A DNA stretch of 64,000 nucleotides. Source: Prorocentrum cordatum (Eukaryota). The first letter of the stretch is position 1; each line of letters opens with the position of its first letter. The translations under genes and the position numbers were made by a program. The DNA is taken from contig CAUYUJ010000301.1 of assembly GCA_963575745.1 (NCBI GenBank), forward strand, positions 1-64,000. Direction: 5' to 3'. Of this stretch, positions 49,101 to 58,432 are shown in pieces. The notes beneath the pieces were generated by a model, which searched no databases, had not been told where the DNA came from, and saw only the letters and a program-made list of their open reading frames with translations.

Positions 49101-52100
49101 GTTATGATATGTTATGCTATGATATGATGCGCTATGCTATGATATGATATGATATGATATGCTAAGATATGATATGGCATGCTGCGCTGTGCTATGCTAG
49201 GCTATGATATGATATGATAAGCTGCGCTATGATATGCTATGCTATGTTATGCTAAGCTAGTATGTGTCATGCTGTGCTATGCTATGATATGCTATGCTAT
49301 GCTATGATGCGCTATGCTATGATATGATGGGTGTTGCTATGATATGCTGTGCGGCGCTATGCTGTGCTACGCTATGCTATGCTATGCTGTGCTCTGCTAT
49401 GCTAAAGCTCGGCGATGCTAAGATGATGGTAAGCTAAGCTAAGATAAACCTGAGCTAAGATGAAGCTAAGCTAAGCTAAGATGAAATACATTAAGTTCAG
49501 ATGGGATAAGCAACGCTAAGCTAAGGGGACATAACTGGGGGAACCACGGGGCGGATGCCGGGGGAACCGCCCAGGGCGAGGACCACTGCCCGGCCCTTTA
49601 AGCATAGAGGGTAAGAACCCTTCTAGGCAGCGCCTAGGTAGGGAAAAAACGACGACGTAGCCCCAGCGAGCACCCCGATGGCTACAAGAGCACCCAACAG
49701 AGCCCCAGGAGGCCACTGCCAGATCTCAGCATCGCCCCAAAAGTCCCCGATAAGTCCGCGCCCCATGAGAAGCCCCAAATACGGCCCATAATGGGCGCGA
49801 ACGCATGCACTATCCCGAACTGGAATCGCCGCATGACCAAGATGGTTCCGGAACCGAACCGAAACGGCCAGCGAAAGGTGGTGCAACGCGCTCCCTCTTT
49901 CAACCCCCTTCCGTCCCTTTCGGGGAGGGCCTGATCACTGCTCCATATTAATCTCATTCCGCCACCGTGCCTGCACGGACTGGACGTGTTAGAATGCTCG
50001 TCTGTGGTCTGACAGGTTTTTCACATGTTTTTGAGGGCCGCCCCCCCACCCTCGTCGCGCGCGTCGTCCGAAAACCGCCCCCCCTGAATTCGCTCTCTGG
50101 CCTTCAGACGTCCAGGATGGCCTCCAAAACGGCTTCCAAGACAGCCACGATGGCATCAGACGGCCCAAAACGGCACAAAACGTCATAAGCGGCCCTCTAA
50201 AGGGCCCCAAGACGGCCCAACAGGCTCTCAAGACGGCCCAAGAGGGTTCCAAGAGGCCATCCAGGAGCACCCGAGGAGGCACAACATGGATTTTCGCTAC
50301 TGTCTTGTGGGTATTTGCAAGATGTTGCGGTTCTCGCCTGGCTGGGTTTCCGACCGCCCAAGACAGCCCAAGGGGCCTCCAAAATAGCTCGAAGATGGAC
50401 CAAAAGGCCCTCAAGAGAGCCCAAAGTCGGCCCAAGAGGAGCCCGAGATCGCCCACGAGGCTCCCGGGAGAGCCGAAGGCTTCAGGCCAGCCAATTCTAA
50501 ACATGCTCGGGAGAACCCGAAAGGGCCCCCATGAGGCCCCAAGAGGCCCCCAACAGGGCCAAAATAGGCCGCGAGGAAATTGGAATAAAACTCAATCCTC
50601 ATCCTCTTCCTCGTCCTCGTCCTCGTCGCCACCCTCGCCCTCGTCATCCTCCTCCTCCTCGTCAAGCTGCCCCTGACCTGCTGGCGGCCAGGAATGTTCA
50701 TGAGATCCATATGCGTGTGGCAACGAACCACGCACCGACGACTTCGTCAAGCAGGTCGAGCTGGTGTTAGGGAAATGCAGGCTGAACAGGTACTTACCGC
50801 GGGTTCGTTTTGTGTCGACCTCGGCGTTGGTTCCTGACACCGCGGGCAACCTTGAACGATCGGTCGTCTCTGACACGTCCGATCGGTCAACATCGACCGA
50901 ATCTGGGTCGCCAGCGGCGTTCAACGTTGAACGCCGGCGGCGGGGTCACCGCCAGTCGACACCGCGAACCTACCTTAGAAAAAACTGTGCTGCGCAATGC
51001 ACCAAGGCAGATGGCGGGGACGTGGTCATGGATCAAGACGACTACATCAAACGACTTCGTCCCATTGCTCATCTTGGTTTCGTCGGGGCCTCCCCAAATG
51101 CTAAGGCTAGTGGTATGGCCATCGATATGTACGTTCGCCTGCGATGGCTCCTATCATACTTAATACTCAGGCGGTTCTGGAATATGGTGCATGTAGTCTC
51201 GTTGCACCGCGTCCAAGAACTGACCGATATACAGGCGAGGCGAAATGCCATTACCCGTAAGCTCTTCAAACCCCCGAGAAGATCACTCATCGGTCAATGG
51301 CTCCAGATGGGGCGCTGGACATGCACGGCGACTCTGGGCGCAAGAAAATCACTGGTGAAGAAGACGACGAGAGCAAATGATACGGCCTTATAGGTTGAAA
51401 TTTGCTGCGCCGTATTAACACGAGCAGCGAGGAACATTTTGTACGTTGCCTTCCCAGCTGTTGTGAATATCATCGTCTGCAGGTCAGGTCAAGCCACGCG
51501 GCGGAGGCGCTGGCCGATGGCCGCAGCCTTGGCGAGTGCTGCGCGACATTGGCCACCTTGCTCGAGCTTATCAAACGACTGATTACTCCGTCAGAGCTCA
51601 AAAGGATTCGTGAACATGGAAGGCTCTGCACGCAGCTATACCGTACCATTGATGCTGAGACGGTGTACGAGCCTCTCTCCAGCAAGGGCCTTCAATTCGC
51701 CCGTAAAGACTCTGTTGGGCAACATCAGCTGGATGCGAGAAGTTCCTCGACTACGGCGGCAAGCGCGACGCCCAGCCGCGCGGCCCCCGCGACGCGACGG
51801 CCACCGGCCGCGCGAAGGGCACCGTCGACCGAGACGTATTTGTTCAAGACAAGGCTGGCATTCAGAGCTACAGGCATGATGTGAACACTCATGCCCTCTG
51901 CAGGGGCGGCAACCCTTCCACCGCCACTACACGAACCGCTGCGGCTGCCCACGCGCCTACATCGACCCTGGAGGTCTGGTGGATTTCGCCTGCGGCCGCC
52001 TGGTATGTTGAAGCAGACACAGAGACAGATGGGGCCCTCTTGCTGGCCCCGCGCTGAGCTGTCGCGGATTCGCGACAGCTCCTCGTCGGCGCGGGCTTGC

Positions 52101-53239
52101 GGCCACGCTGCGCTCTCCTCAATCGTGGAATCGCAACTACGCTCTGCCAACCTTTGCCTTACCGATCAGGGGTCAGCCCTTGTCGGTAACCGTCTGGGCT
52201 CTCAGGACTGGCCACGGGCCTGTCCTGAATTAAGCTGCCGAAATTCAATGTTCTGTCGCATCGCGCAGCTGAGTGCTGAGCCGCCGGAATCAGGGAAACG
52301 TGACTCCGACTCGCAGCGCCCTGTATGTGCATATCCATGCACTGCTTCAGTGGTCTGAGGTGTCGACCACCGATCCCTTGTGTTCAATGAAGCGCTCCCT
52401 TGATTTCTACATCAGGACGGCGGCTGGCAAGCTTCGCCCCCCCTCCTCCTCCCACTCCTCCCACTCATCCCCTCCTCCTCCTCCTCCTCCTCCTCCTCCT
52501 CCTCCTCCTCCTCCTCCTCCTCCTCCTCCTCCTCCTCCTCCTCCTCCTCCCCCCTCTTCCTCCCACATCATCCTCCCACTCCCCTTCCTCTTCCTCCTCC
52601 TCCTCCCTCCTCCTCCTCTCCTCCTCCTCCTCCTCCTCCTCCTCCTCCTCCTCCTCCCCCCATCCTTCTCCCCCATTCTCCTCCCCCATCCTCCTCCTCC
52701 TCCTTCCTCCTCCTCCTCCTCCCCTTCCTCCTCTCCTCCTCCTCCTCCTCCGCCTCCTCCTCCTCCTCCTGCCCCCTCCTCCCCCTTCCCCCTCCTCCTC
52801 CCCCTCCTCCTCCTCACTCCTCCTCCTCCTCCTCCTCCACCTCCTCCTCCTCCTCCCCTCCATCCTCATCATCATCATCATCAACATCACATCATCACCC
52901 CAGCATCAGCATCAGCATCACCCAGCATCAGCATCAGACCAGCACCAGCAGCATCAGCATCATCAGCCATCATCAATAACGCATGCCATCCATGTCATCA
53001 AGCAAATCAAGCATCATCATAATAATTCAACCCCTCTCTCCTCCTCCTCCACCTCCTCCTCCTCCTCTCCCTCCTCCCCCACTCCTCCCCCTCCTCCCCC
53101 TCCTCCTCTCAATCCACCCCTACCTCCCCCATCTTCCACCCACCCTCCTCATCCTCCTCCTCCTACCTCCTCCGTCTCCTCCTCCTCCTCCTCCTCCTCC
53201 TCCGTCTCCTCCTCCTCATCCTCCTCCTCCTCCTGGCTC

Positions 53240-53278
<39 letters not shown>

Positions 53279-53279
53279 A

Positions 53280-53335
<56 letters not shown>

Positions 53336-53437
53336 CGCCCGGCACCCTGGTCCTGGGCCTCGAAGGCCTCCCCGTCGGCCTCCTCCTCCTCCTCCTCCTC
53401 CGTCTCCTCCTCCTCATCCTCCTCCTCCTCCTGGCTC

Positions 53438-53476
<39 letters not shown>

Positions 53477-53477
53477 A

Positions 53478-53533
<56 letters not shown>

Positions 53534-53577
53534 CGCCCGGCACCCTGGTCCTGGGCCTCGAAGGCCTCCCCGTCGGC
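19164..53577 (-). CDS. Multi-exon gene span (partial): uncharacterised protein with a cupin-like motif
   Basis: 20 exons of 20-95 nt, each preceded by AG, each ending in G before GT(6)/GC(9)/GA(5). All junction phases are compatible; 1074 nt = 358 codons with no stop. Start and stop not identified. Confidence 0.7.
20081..30768. repeat. TIR-bounded 10.7-kb satellite of 39-bp palindromic units with a 183-bp higher-order repeat
   Basis: TIR GCGACGCTCGCTGGCGCC (20081-98) / GGCGCCAGCGAGCGTCGC (30751-68). Unit ATGATCGGAATAATCGGATCCGATTACTCCGATCATTGG. HOR landmarks at 24288, 24471, 24654, 24837. Confidence 0.95.
26740..26839. other. Assembly gap (100 N)
   Basis: Run of N inside the satellite, so true array length is unknown. 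Confidence 1.
31850..34460 (-). mobile_element. Decayed Ty1/copia-like pol (integrase - RT - RNase H order)
   Basis: RT from ~32960: [77 protein letters not shown]. RNase [46 protein letters not shown] (~32090-31962). Weaker integrase-like remnants at 33900-34460. Many stops and frameshifts; no LTR found. Confidence 0.85.
34508..34527 (-). CDS. exon VAVVPP(G)
   Basis: ccag| acceptor, GG|gtcagt donor, phase 0->2. Confidence 0.6.
34608..34652 (-). CDS. exon [15 protein letters not shown]
   Basis: ccag| acceptor, AAG|gtcaga donor, phase 0->0. Confidence 0.65.
34823..34873 (-). CDS. exon [17 protein letters not shown]
   Basis: gaag| acceptor, CAG|gcaggg donor, phase 0->0. Confidence 0.6.
35043..35206. 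mobile_element. Foldback-type MITE family B, copy 2
   Basis: Shares CCTTCTAAGAAGCAGGGG.GCTTC..AGAAGCCC and the terminal GCGCG..GCTGA with 10171-10341. Confidence 0.65.
35286..35325 (-). CDS. exon (R)[13 protein letters not shown]
   Basis: ttcag| acceptor, GAG|gttcgc donor, phase 2->0. Confidence 0.7.
35575..35669 (-). CDS. exon [31 protein letters not shown](R)
   Basis: gtag| acceptor, AG|gtaacg donor, phase 0->2. Confidence 0.7.
35780..37680 (+). repeat. Second modular ~77-bp-unit element with a duplicated ~500-bp insert, (GAGGA)n and hairpin tail
   Basis: Same core as 1240-2610. Inserts at 35967-36483 and 36640-37122, each TA-flanked. (GAGGA)n at 37233-37618. Tail ACGAGGACCCAACACCACAATATGGTTGGGAA near 37648-37678. 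Confidence 0.85.
37796..37848 (-). CDS. exon (G)[17 protein letters not shown]
   Basis: caag| acceptor, AGG|ga donor, phase 1->0. Confidence 0.55.
38221..38250 (-). CDS. exon (D)FQWTDYLLL(G)
   Basis: caag| acceptor, TAG|gcgagt donor, phase 1->1. Confidence 0.6.
   Translation of the reverse strand: MSSGRTISC
39441..39616 (+). mobile_element. Short, internally deleted copy of the (GGGTGGGTCGC)n/(CAA) element
   Basis: 11-bp repeat, CAA-rich tract, then a tail identical to 31744-31775. Confidence 0.75.
39623..39810. mobile_element. MITE family C (188 bp), TA TSD, copy 1
   Basis: TIR CGGCAGATTCACGTCGTATCGACC vs CGGCAGGTTCGCGTCGTGTCCACC. TA at 39621-22 and 39811-12. Homologue at 50797-50975. 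Confidence 0.85.
39809..39855 (-). CDS. exon (G)[15 protein letters not shown](D)
   Basis: gacag| acceptor; donor G|gcaggt lies in the MITE TIR; phase 2->1. Confidence 0.6.
40570..40640 (-). CDS. exon [23 protein letters not shown](G)
   Basis: cttatccttcccctcag| acceptor, GG|gtatgt donor, phase 0->2. Confidence 0.7.
40779..41543. repeat. Diverged ~210-bp direct duplication (40779-40986; 41168-41543, interrupted by a MITE)
   Basis: Both copies run CGCACGCTCGACCTGTG...CCTAAACCC...CCCGACCATAG...GAGAGAGGTTCGCCGT. Confidence 0.8.
41266..41427. mobile_element. Tc1/mariner-type MITE (162 bp), TA TSD
   Basis: TIR CAGGGCAATTTTTAATA vs CAGTGCCGTTTTTAATA. TA on both sides. Empty paralogous site at ~40873. 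Confidence 0.85.
41793..41833 (-). CDS. exon (G)[13 protein letters not shown]
   Basis: ttgag| acceptor, GAG|ga donor, phase 1->0. Confidence 0.6.
42129..42279. mobile_element. MITE family A, copy 2
   Basis: GTCGGGCGTGTCCTCCCACAGG ... CCTGTAGAGGGACGGACCCGAC. Homologous to 105-240. Confidence 0.75.
42614..42677 (-). CDS. exon [21 protein letters not shown](G)
   Basis: gaag| acceptor, G|gcgggg donor, phase 0->1. Confidence 0.55.
43352..43414 (-). CDS. exon [21 protein letters not shown]
   Basis: ttccttag| acceptor, GAG|gcgagg donor, phase 0->0. Confidence 0.6.
43621..43801. mobile_element. MITE (~180-215 bp)
   Basis: 29-bp IR GGGTACGGAAAAAATGGGCACAATGCCCA vs GGGTACGGAAAGAAAGGGTACAATGCCCA, weakly extending to ~43605/43820. 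Partial copy at 7752-7893. Confidence 0.8.
44382..44561. mobile_element. Stowaway-like MITE (180 bp), TA TSD
   Basis: Near-perfect ~31-bp TIR CTCCAGATTTCGTAATAAA(A)GGGAGGGGGTCT. TA at 44380-81 and 44562-63. Confidence 0.9.
45045..45249. mobile_element. MITE (205 bp) with candidate 5-bp TSD GAAAT
   Basis: ~41-bp TIR TTGGTGGTC(C/T)CCAAAC..GGTGGTGAGA(A)CACCCGGTGGTGA. GAAAT at 45040-44 and 45250-54. Confidence 0.8.
45688..45765 (-). CDS. exon [26 protein letters not shown]
   Basis: ggcag| acceptor, AAG|ga donor, phase 0->0. High GC at third positions. Confidence 0.7.
48220..48294 (-). CDS. exon [25 protein letters not shown]
   Basis: ggag| acceptor, GAG|gcgcga donor, phase 0->0. Confidence 0.7.
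48758..48805 (-). CDS. exon [16 protein letters not shown]
   Basis: gaag| acceptor, GAG|ga donor, phase 0->0. Confidence 0.6.
49030..49650 (+). repeat. Pentanucleotide SSR element: (ATGCT/ATGAT)n -> (CTAAG)n + hairpin tail
   Basis: 5-bp periodic tract at 49030-49525, ending CTAGGCAGCGCCTAGGTAGGGAAAAAA. A reverse-oriented (GCATG/GCATA)-type tract lies at ~46900-47135. Confidence 0.75.
50690..51745 (+). mobile_element. Decayed Ty1/copia-like RT-RNase H fragment
   Basis: [52 protein letters not shown], then [45 protein letters not shown]. Stops and frameshifts; interrupted by a MITE. Confidence 0.8.
50797..50975. mobile_element. MITE family C, copy 2, inserted in the copia RT
   Basis: Aligns with 39623-39810 (CGGCGTTGGTTCCTGAC, CTTGAACGATCG, CGTTCAAC, CGCGAACCT). 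TA at 50795-96 and 50976-77. Confidence 0.8.
52082..52151 (-). CDS. exon (R)[23 protein letters not shown]
   Basis: aaag| acceptor, GAG|ga donor, phase 2->0. Confidence 0.5.
52220..52252 (-). CDS. exon (G)[10 protein letters not shown](R)
   Basis: gacag| acceptor, AG|gc donor, phase 2->2. Flanking introns are 67-68 nt. Confidence 0.5.
52320..52398 (-). CDS. exon (G)[25 protein letters not shown](G)
   Basis: caag| acceptor, GG|gc donor, phase 1->2. Confidence 0.5.
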
Positions 53578-53910
53578 CTGGTGCGGTTGCAGGTCCCACG
53601 CCGCCTTCGCGGGCGCGGTGGGCCCAGGGCGGCCCCCGCCCAAGGCGGCCCGGGGGAGAGATCGCCGCCCGAAGCGGTGGGGGTAGAGAGAGAGAGAGAG
53701 AGTATTCCACCTGCTCCTCCTGCTCCTGCTCCTGCTCCTCCTCCTCCCCTCCTCCTCCTCCCCCTCCTCCTCCTCCTCCTCCTCCTCCTCCTCCTCCTCC
53801 TCCTCGCCACTCCTCTTCCTCCTCCTCCTCCTCCTCCTCCTCCTCCTCCTCCTCCTCCTCCTCCTCCTCATCATCACCACCACCACCACCACCACCTCCT
53901 CCTCCTGCTC
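52440..53910. repeat. (CCT)n/(CAT)n/(GAC)n compound SSR block with a 198-bp tandem duplication
   Basis: Direct reading. The duplicated unit includes (GAC)n and a 34-nt exon (53346-53379 and 53544-53577). Confidence 0.9.
53544..53577 (-). CDS. exon [11 protein letters not shown](G)
   Basis: accag| acceptor, G|gtgccg donor, phase 0->1. Confidence 0.5.
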
Positions 53911-53982
53911 CTTATTAATAGGCGTCGGGGAGGCGTCACCCGCGCCGACAGCCCCACATCGGCCCCCGTCGCGGGCAGCCAC

Positions 53983-54045
53983 CGCGCGCCGAAGGCGCTC
54001 CGACCCCCGTTGCGGCGCGACACGATACGAGGCGAGGTTGAACCC
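53983..54045 (-). CDS. tentative exon GFNLASYRVAPQRGSERLRRA
   Basis: ccccgcag| acceptor, GCG|gt donor, phase 0->0. Confidence 0.35.
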
Positions 54046-54189
54046 CTGCGGGGGGGGCATCCCCCCATTCTGATCAAGAAACCCAGAGCACTCGGCTCTG
54101 GGAGACGCAGCTAAAATCGCGGCAGCCAGCTTGTCTATGCCTTCGGCCCCGGGACCGTCATATATAAAAAGTTCGGGAGGAGACCAAGG

Positions 54190-54338
54190 TGTCAGAAAAT
54201 GTCCCCAAAATGTCAGGGATGTCCCCCAGAGCTCCCGTCAGGGATGTCCCCAGGAGCTCCCGTCAGGGATGTCCCCAGGGATGTCAGGGATGTCCCCACG
54301 GGAGGAGACCAAAAGCTCCCGTCAGGGATGTCCCCAAG
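54190..54338. repeat. ~21-25-bp minisatellite GTCAGGGATGTCCCCAGGAGCTCCC
   Basis: About six tandem variants. Confidence 0.8.
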
Positions 54339-54750
54339 GAGAGGTCGAGATCACCAGGGACCCAGGCCGCGGAAAAAGCTGCTTCGGCAGAGGAGATGGA
54401 GAGAGAGAGCGAGAGAGAGAGATCCCTTCCACCGTGCAGCCATGGACGGACAGAAGAAAGAAGGACAAGGAGACCGAGGCAGGACGAGATAGGACGACGA
54501 GGCGAGGTGGGAAGAGATGGAGGGGATAGAAAGAGAGAGAGAGAGAGACAGAAAGAGAGAGAGAGAGAGAAAACAAACAAAAAAAGAGCGAGAGAAAGAG
54601 AGAGCCGGTCACGCGAGACAGGATGAGACGAGGAAGAATTGCAGAGAAGAGATGGTAAGGATAGGGTGCATGAAGAATATGACGAGGAGGAGATGAGAAG
54701 AGAAAAGCAGGGCGGAGAATAAGGAATAGGAGCATCGAGCGCTCAGGAAG

Positions 54751-55861
54751 TTCGCCAGCACAACGGGCCAGAGGCGTGCTAAAATCTCGAAGAAGAGATC
54801 CAGAATAGTTCAAATTCGCGCGCGCGCGGCTCGGCCCTTGGGGGTCCCTAGTAAAAGTCCCCTGGAAGATTCCAGAAAACCCCAGGCCAGAGATGGTTGT
54901 TCTTCAAGACGTGGCCTTCAGGGCTCTCAGCGGCGTTCCAGGGCGCTCCATGAACTAGCCAAAGAGCGTGCCAAGGAGCTCAGATTGCGATCCAGCACGG
55001 CCAAGGATGACCTCAAACATGCTTCAGAGAATCTCAACACGGCCCAAAGCCGCTCCAAGACAGCCCAATATCGCCTCAAGCAGCCCAAGAGGCCCCCAAG
55101 AGCACTAGAATCCTAAGAAGAGAAACATGTTGATGTTCCGATGTGTGTTCTATGATTCTCCAGTTCTTGCCTTTTCGGGCCTCCATCGGCTCAAGACGGC
55201 CCAAAAGCCCTCAATATGACCTCCAGACTACCCAAAGGGGCCATGAACTAACGCAGGAGACCCCAAGAGGCCCCAAAGATCGGCCCAAGTCAGACAAGGC
55301 GGCTCCCTGACGGCCGCGAGACGGCCCACGAGGGCCCCGAGACGGCCTAAGGGGCCCCCCAAGAGGGCTCCAGAGGCCCCCAGGAGGGCCCAGTATAAAG
55401 AGGAATCCGAACTGACATGCTGAGACTTCCCCGAAAGGCAACCGAGATCGCCGCCAGGCTCCTGAGAGGCCCACAAGAGACCCCAGGAGACCCAAAAGAC
55501 AACGCCAAGGGGCCTCTGGAGGTCTCAACAATGCCGCCAAGAGGGTTCCGAGATGCCTCCCGAGAGACACCAAGAAGCCTCTTGAAGAGGCGTCTTGTCC
55601 ACGACACCTTTGCACCCCAAGACGCTATATGAGAAATCCAGCCGCCTCCACCTACACACCCTCAACCACGCATCACAACAAACACAAGGCACCCTGAGAC
55701 TACACCTCAAACGATCCAAGAGCCCCACCGGAACTCCGAACAAGACTACTTTGCAAATTCCCACCTCCCAAGCATCTCCCGCTGGTCACGAGCACACACA
55801 CACCACCACCCGCCCACAGTGATGAGATGTGGGCCAGCGGCATGAGTGAAGCGTTGAAATA
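54751..55861 (+). mobile_element. Non-autonomous element with CCCAAGA-periodic body, copy 2
   Basis: Same left and right terminal motifs as 12697-13503 (right end TGGGCCAGCGGCATGAGTGAAGCGTTGAAAT). Confidence 0.7.
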
Positions 55862-56254
55862 TATCATGGCATAGAGGCGAACAACCGCGCGCAAGCGCGC
55901 TTCACGCGCGCCTAGATTCTTGTCCGTGCAACGCAGACCACACTACCAGCGAACCTCAGGCTGCATCCTCCTAATCTTCCTCAATCTCCTCACCCCATTC
56001 CTCTGGCATCTGAGTGCCATCAATATCCACCTCTCATAAAAAATGGCGCCGTCTCTATGTATCAGCATGTGTCTCAATTTCTTCATTGAACTCCTTTCTG
56101 ACCGTGTGTCTCCCATGTCCCGTTCTCCTTTTTTACTCGTTTGCCGTTATCTACTTCCCGCTCCGCCTCGTCCATATGTTTGCCCTTTTCCCTCCCCATT
56201 CACCCCCTCGCTTCCCTGCTGCACTTTGCATCTTACTCGTCTCCGCCCTTCCTC

Positions 56255-56292
56255 CTGCATCGGTCCCCCCTGCCACCCCCCACTCGCACCGC
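56255..56292 (-). CDS. tentative exon (G)GASGGWQGGPMQ
   Basis: cttcaatttgcag| acceptor, CAG|ga donor, phase 1->0. Confidence 0.35.
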
Positions 56293-56527
56293 CTGCAAAT
56301 TGAAGCGTAAGTGCGGGTTTGGGGCACATGGCTGCGGCTCCAGTCACTCGTGCTCCAGCTGCTGCCTGTGCTGCTTGCCCTCCACCCTTGCCCGCAGACC
56401 ACCAAACTGTGCACCCCGCTGATAGGACCCCCTGAGCCCCTGAGCAGTCACATTCGACTGGCACCAGCCACCCTCTGCCGCACTTCCCACCAACCCGTTC
56501 AAACGACAGCCGACTCGCACTGCTTAC

Positions 56528-56606
56528 CGGATGAGCCGTCGTCTGCGCAGGGGGCGCAGACCACCCCGTCCATCTGCGCAAGGAACTCGGCCTTGATGCG
56601 CCGAGC
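56528..56606 (-). CDS. exon ARRIKAEFLAQMDGVVCAPCADDGSS(G): AAA+ ATPase-like segment (katanin/spastin/Vps4 clade)
   Basis: ccag| acceptor, G|gtaagc donor. The peptide closely matches the RR(I/V)K(T/A)E(F/L)LVQMDGV helix that follows Walker B in that clade. Confidence 0.55.
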
Positions 56607-57354
56607 CTGGCCATTCGCAGCTTTGCGCACTCGGCCAGGAGGGTAACCATGAGATGCAATGAATGGCGTGATACCTCTCAGATGAATTCATCAATCAATT
56701 CCCGAGGAGGGGAAACTCGCACCAGTGGCTGACACCAAACTGCACTGCGCAACGCACAGCAAGAGGTCAAGGACGAACCTGGCGCACACTGGCACGCACA
56801 GGTGTCAGGCGCTCGTGACTGCAGGACCGCCAGCCTGTCAGCACCGGCCAGTCGCAAGGAATGCGCATTGCCGCGGCAACCCTGCACGGAGCCCCTCCCA
56901 GAAGCCCAGGCGACCAGCGGCCGGCCAGCACTTCCCTGTTAGGACAGAGCAGGCCCTCGCGACGAGGGGGCGCCGTCAGGAGCCCCAGGCGTGAGCGCGG
57001 CAGGCGAGAAGCCAGGGGGAGCTGCCGACTCCGAGAGGAGGTGGCCAGGGGAGGGGGGAGGGAACCCAGCGACAGGCGACAGCTCTCGTCCTGCTGCGAC
57101 TCCCAGAGCAACACTCGCACCCGCTGGGCCCACTCGCGTCTGTCCTGCTCTTTTCGCTCGCTCCCCATCCACCGCTCGCTCCACCGCTCGCTCCCGCCCC
57201 CTCCACCGCTGCGCCCGCTCCTGCTCCTGCACGTCCCTGCGGCTCCTGCTCCCGCTCGCGCACGCTGCTCCCGCTTGCTGCTGCTGCTCCTCCACGTGAT
57301 CCTCCTGCTCCTGCCCCAGCTGCTTCTGCTCCCGTCGCCGCTGTTTCTGGTCAT

Positions 57355-57432
57355 TGTTGCGTTCCTCCTCCTTTTCCTCCTCCTCCTCCTCCTCCTCCTC
57401 CTCCTCCTCCTCCTCCTCCTCCTCTTCCTCCT

Positions 57433-57466
<34 letters not shown>

Positions 57467-58400
57467 CTCCTCCTCTTATTCTGATTAGTCTTATTATTCT
57501 TCTTATTAATCTTATTCGTATTATTAATATTATTCTTATTATTCTTATCATTCTTATTATTATTCTTATTATTCGTATTAGTATTATTCTTCTTATTATG
57601 CTTCTTCTTCTTCTTATTATTATTATTCTTCTTATTATTCTTCTTGTTCTTATTATTCTTATTATTATTATTATTCGTCTTCTTCTTCTTATTATTAGTA
57701 TTATTAGTAGTAGTATTAGTATTATTAGTCTTCTTATTATGATTAGTATTATTCTTAGTAGTTTTATTCTTCTTCTTATTATTATTAGTCTTCTTATTAT
57801 TCTTATTATTCTTCTTATTAGTCTTCTTATTATTCTTATTCTTATTATTATTATTATTCGTCTACTTCGTCTTCTTATTATTCTTCTTAGTCTTCTTATT
57901 ATTATTATTCGTATTCTTCGTATTATTCTTCTTAGTCTTATTCGTCTTCTTAATATGCTTCTTCATATTATTAGTATTATTCTTCCTATTCGTCTTATTA
58001 TTCTGCTTAGTCTTCTTATTATTCTTCTTATTAATCTTATTATTATTATTCGTATTCGTATTATTCTTCTTATTAGTCTTATTAGTCTTATTATTATTAT
58101 TATTCGTATTCTTATTATTCTTATTCGTCTTCTTATTATTATTCTTCTTATTATTATTCTTCTTATTATTATTATTATGATTATTCTTATTATTATTATT
58201 ATTATTCTTATTCTTCTTATTATTATTATTATTATCCGTCTTCTTCTTATTATTATCATTATTATTATTATTCTTATTCTTCTTATTATGCTTATTATTG
58301 TTATTCTTCTTTTTTTTCTTATTATTCTTATTTTTCTTCTTCCTCCTCCTCCTCCTCCTCCTCCTCCTCCTCCTCCTCCGCCTCCTCCTCCTCCTCCTCC

Positions 58401-58432
<32 letters not shown>

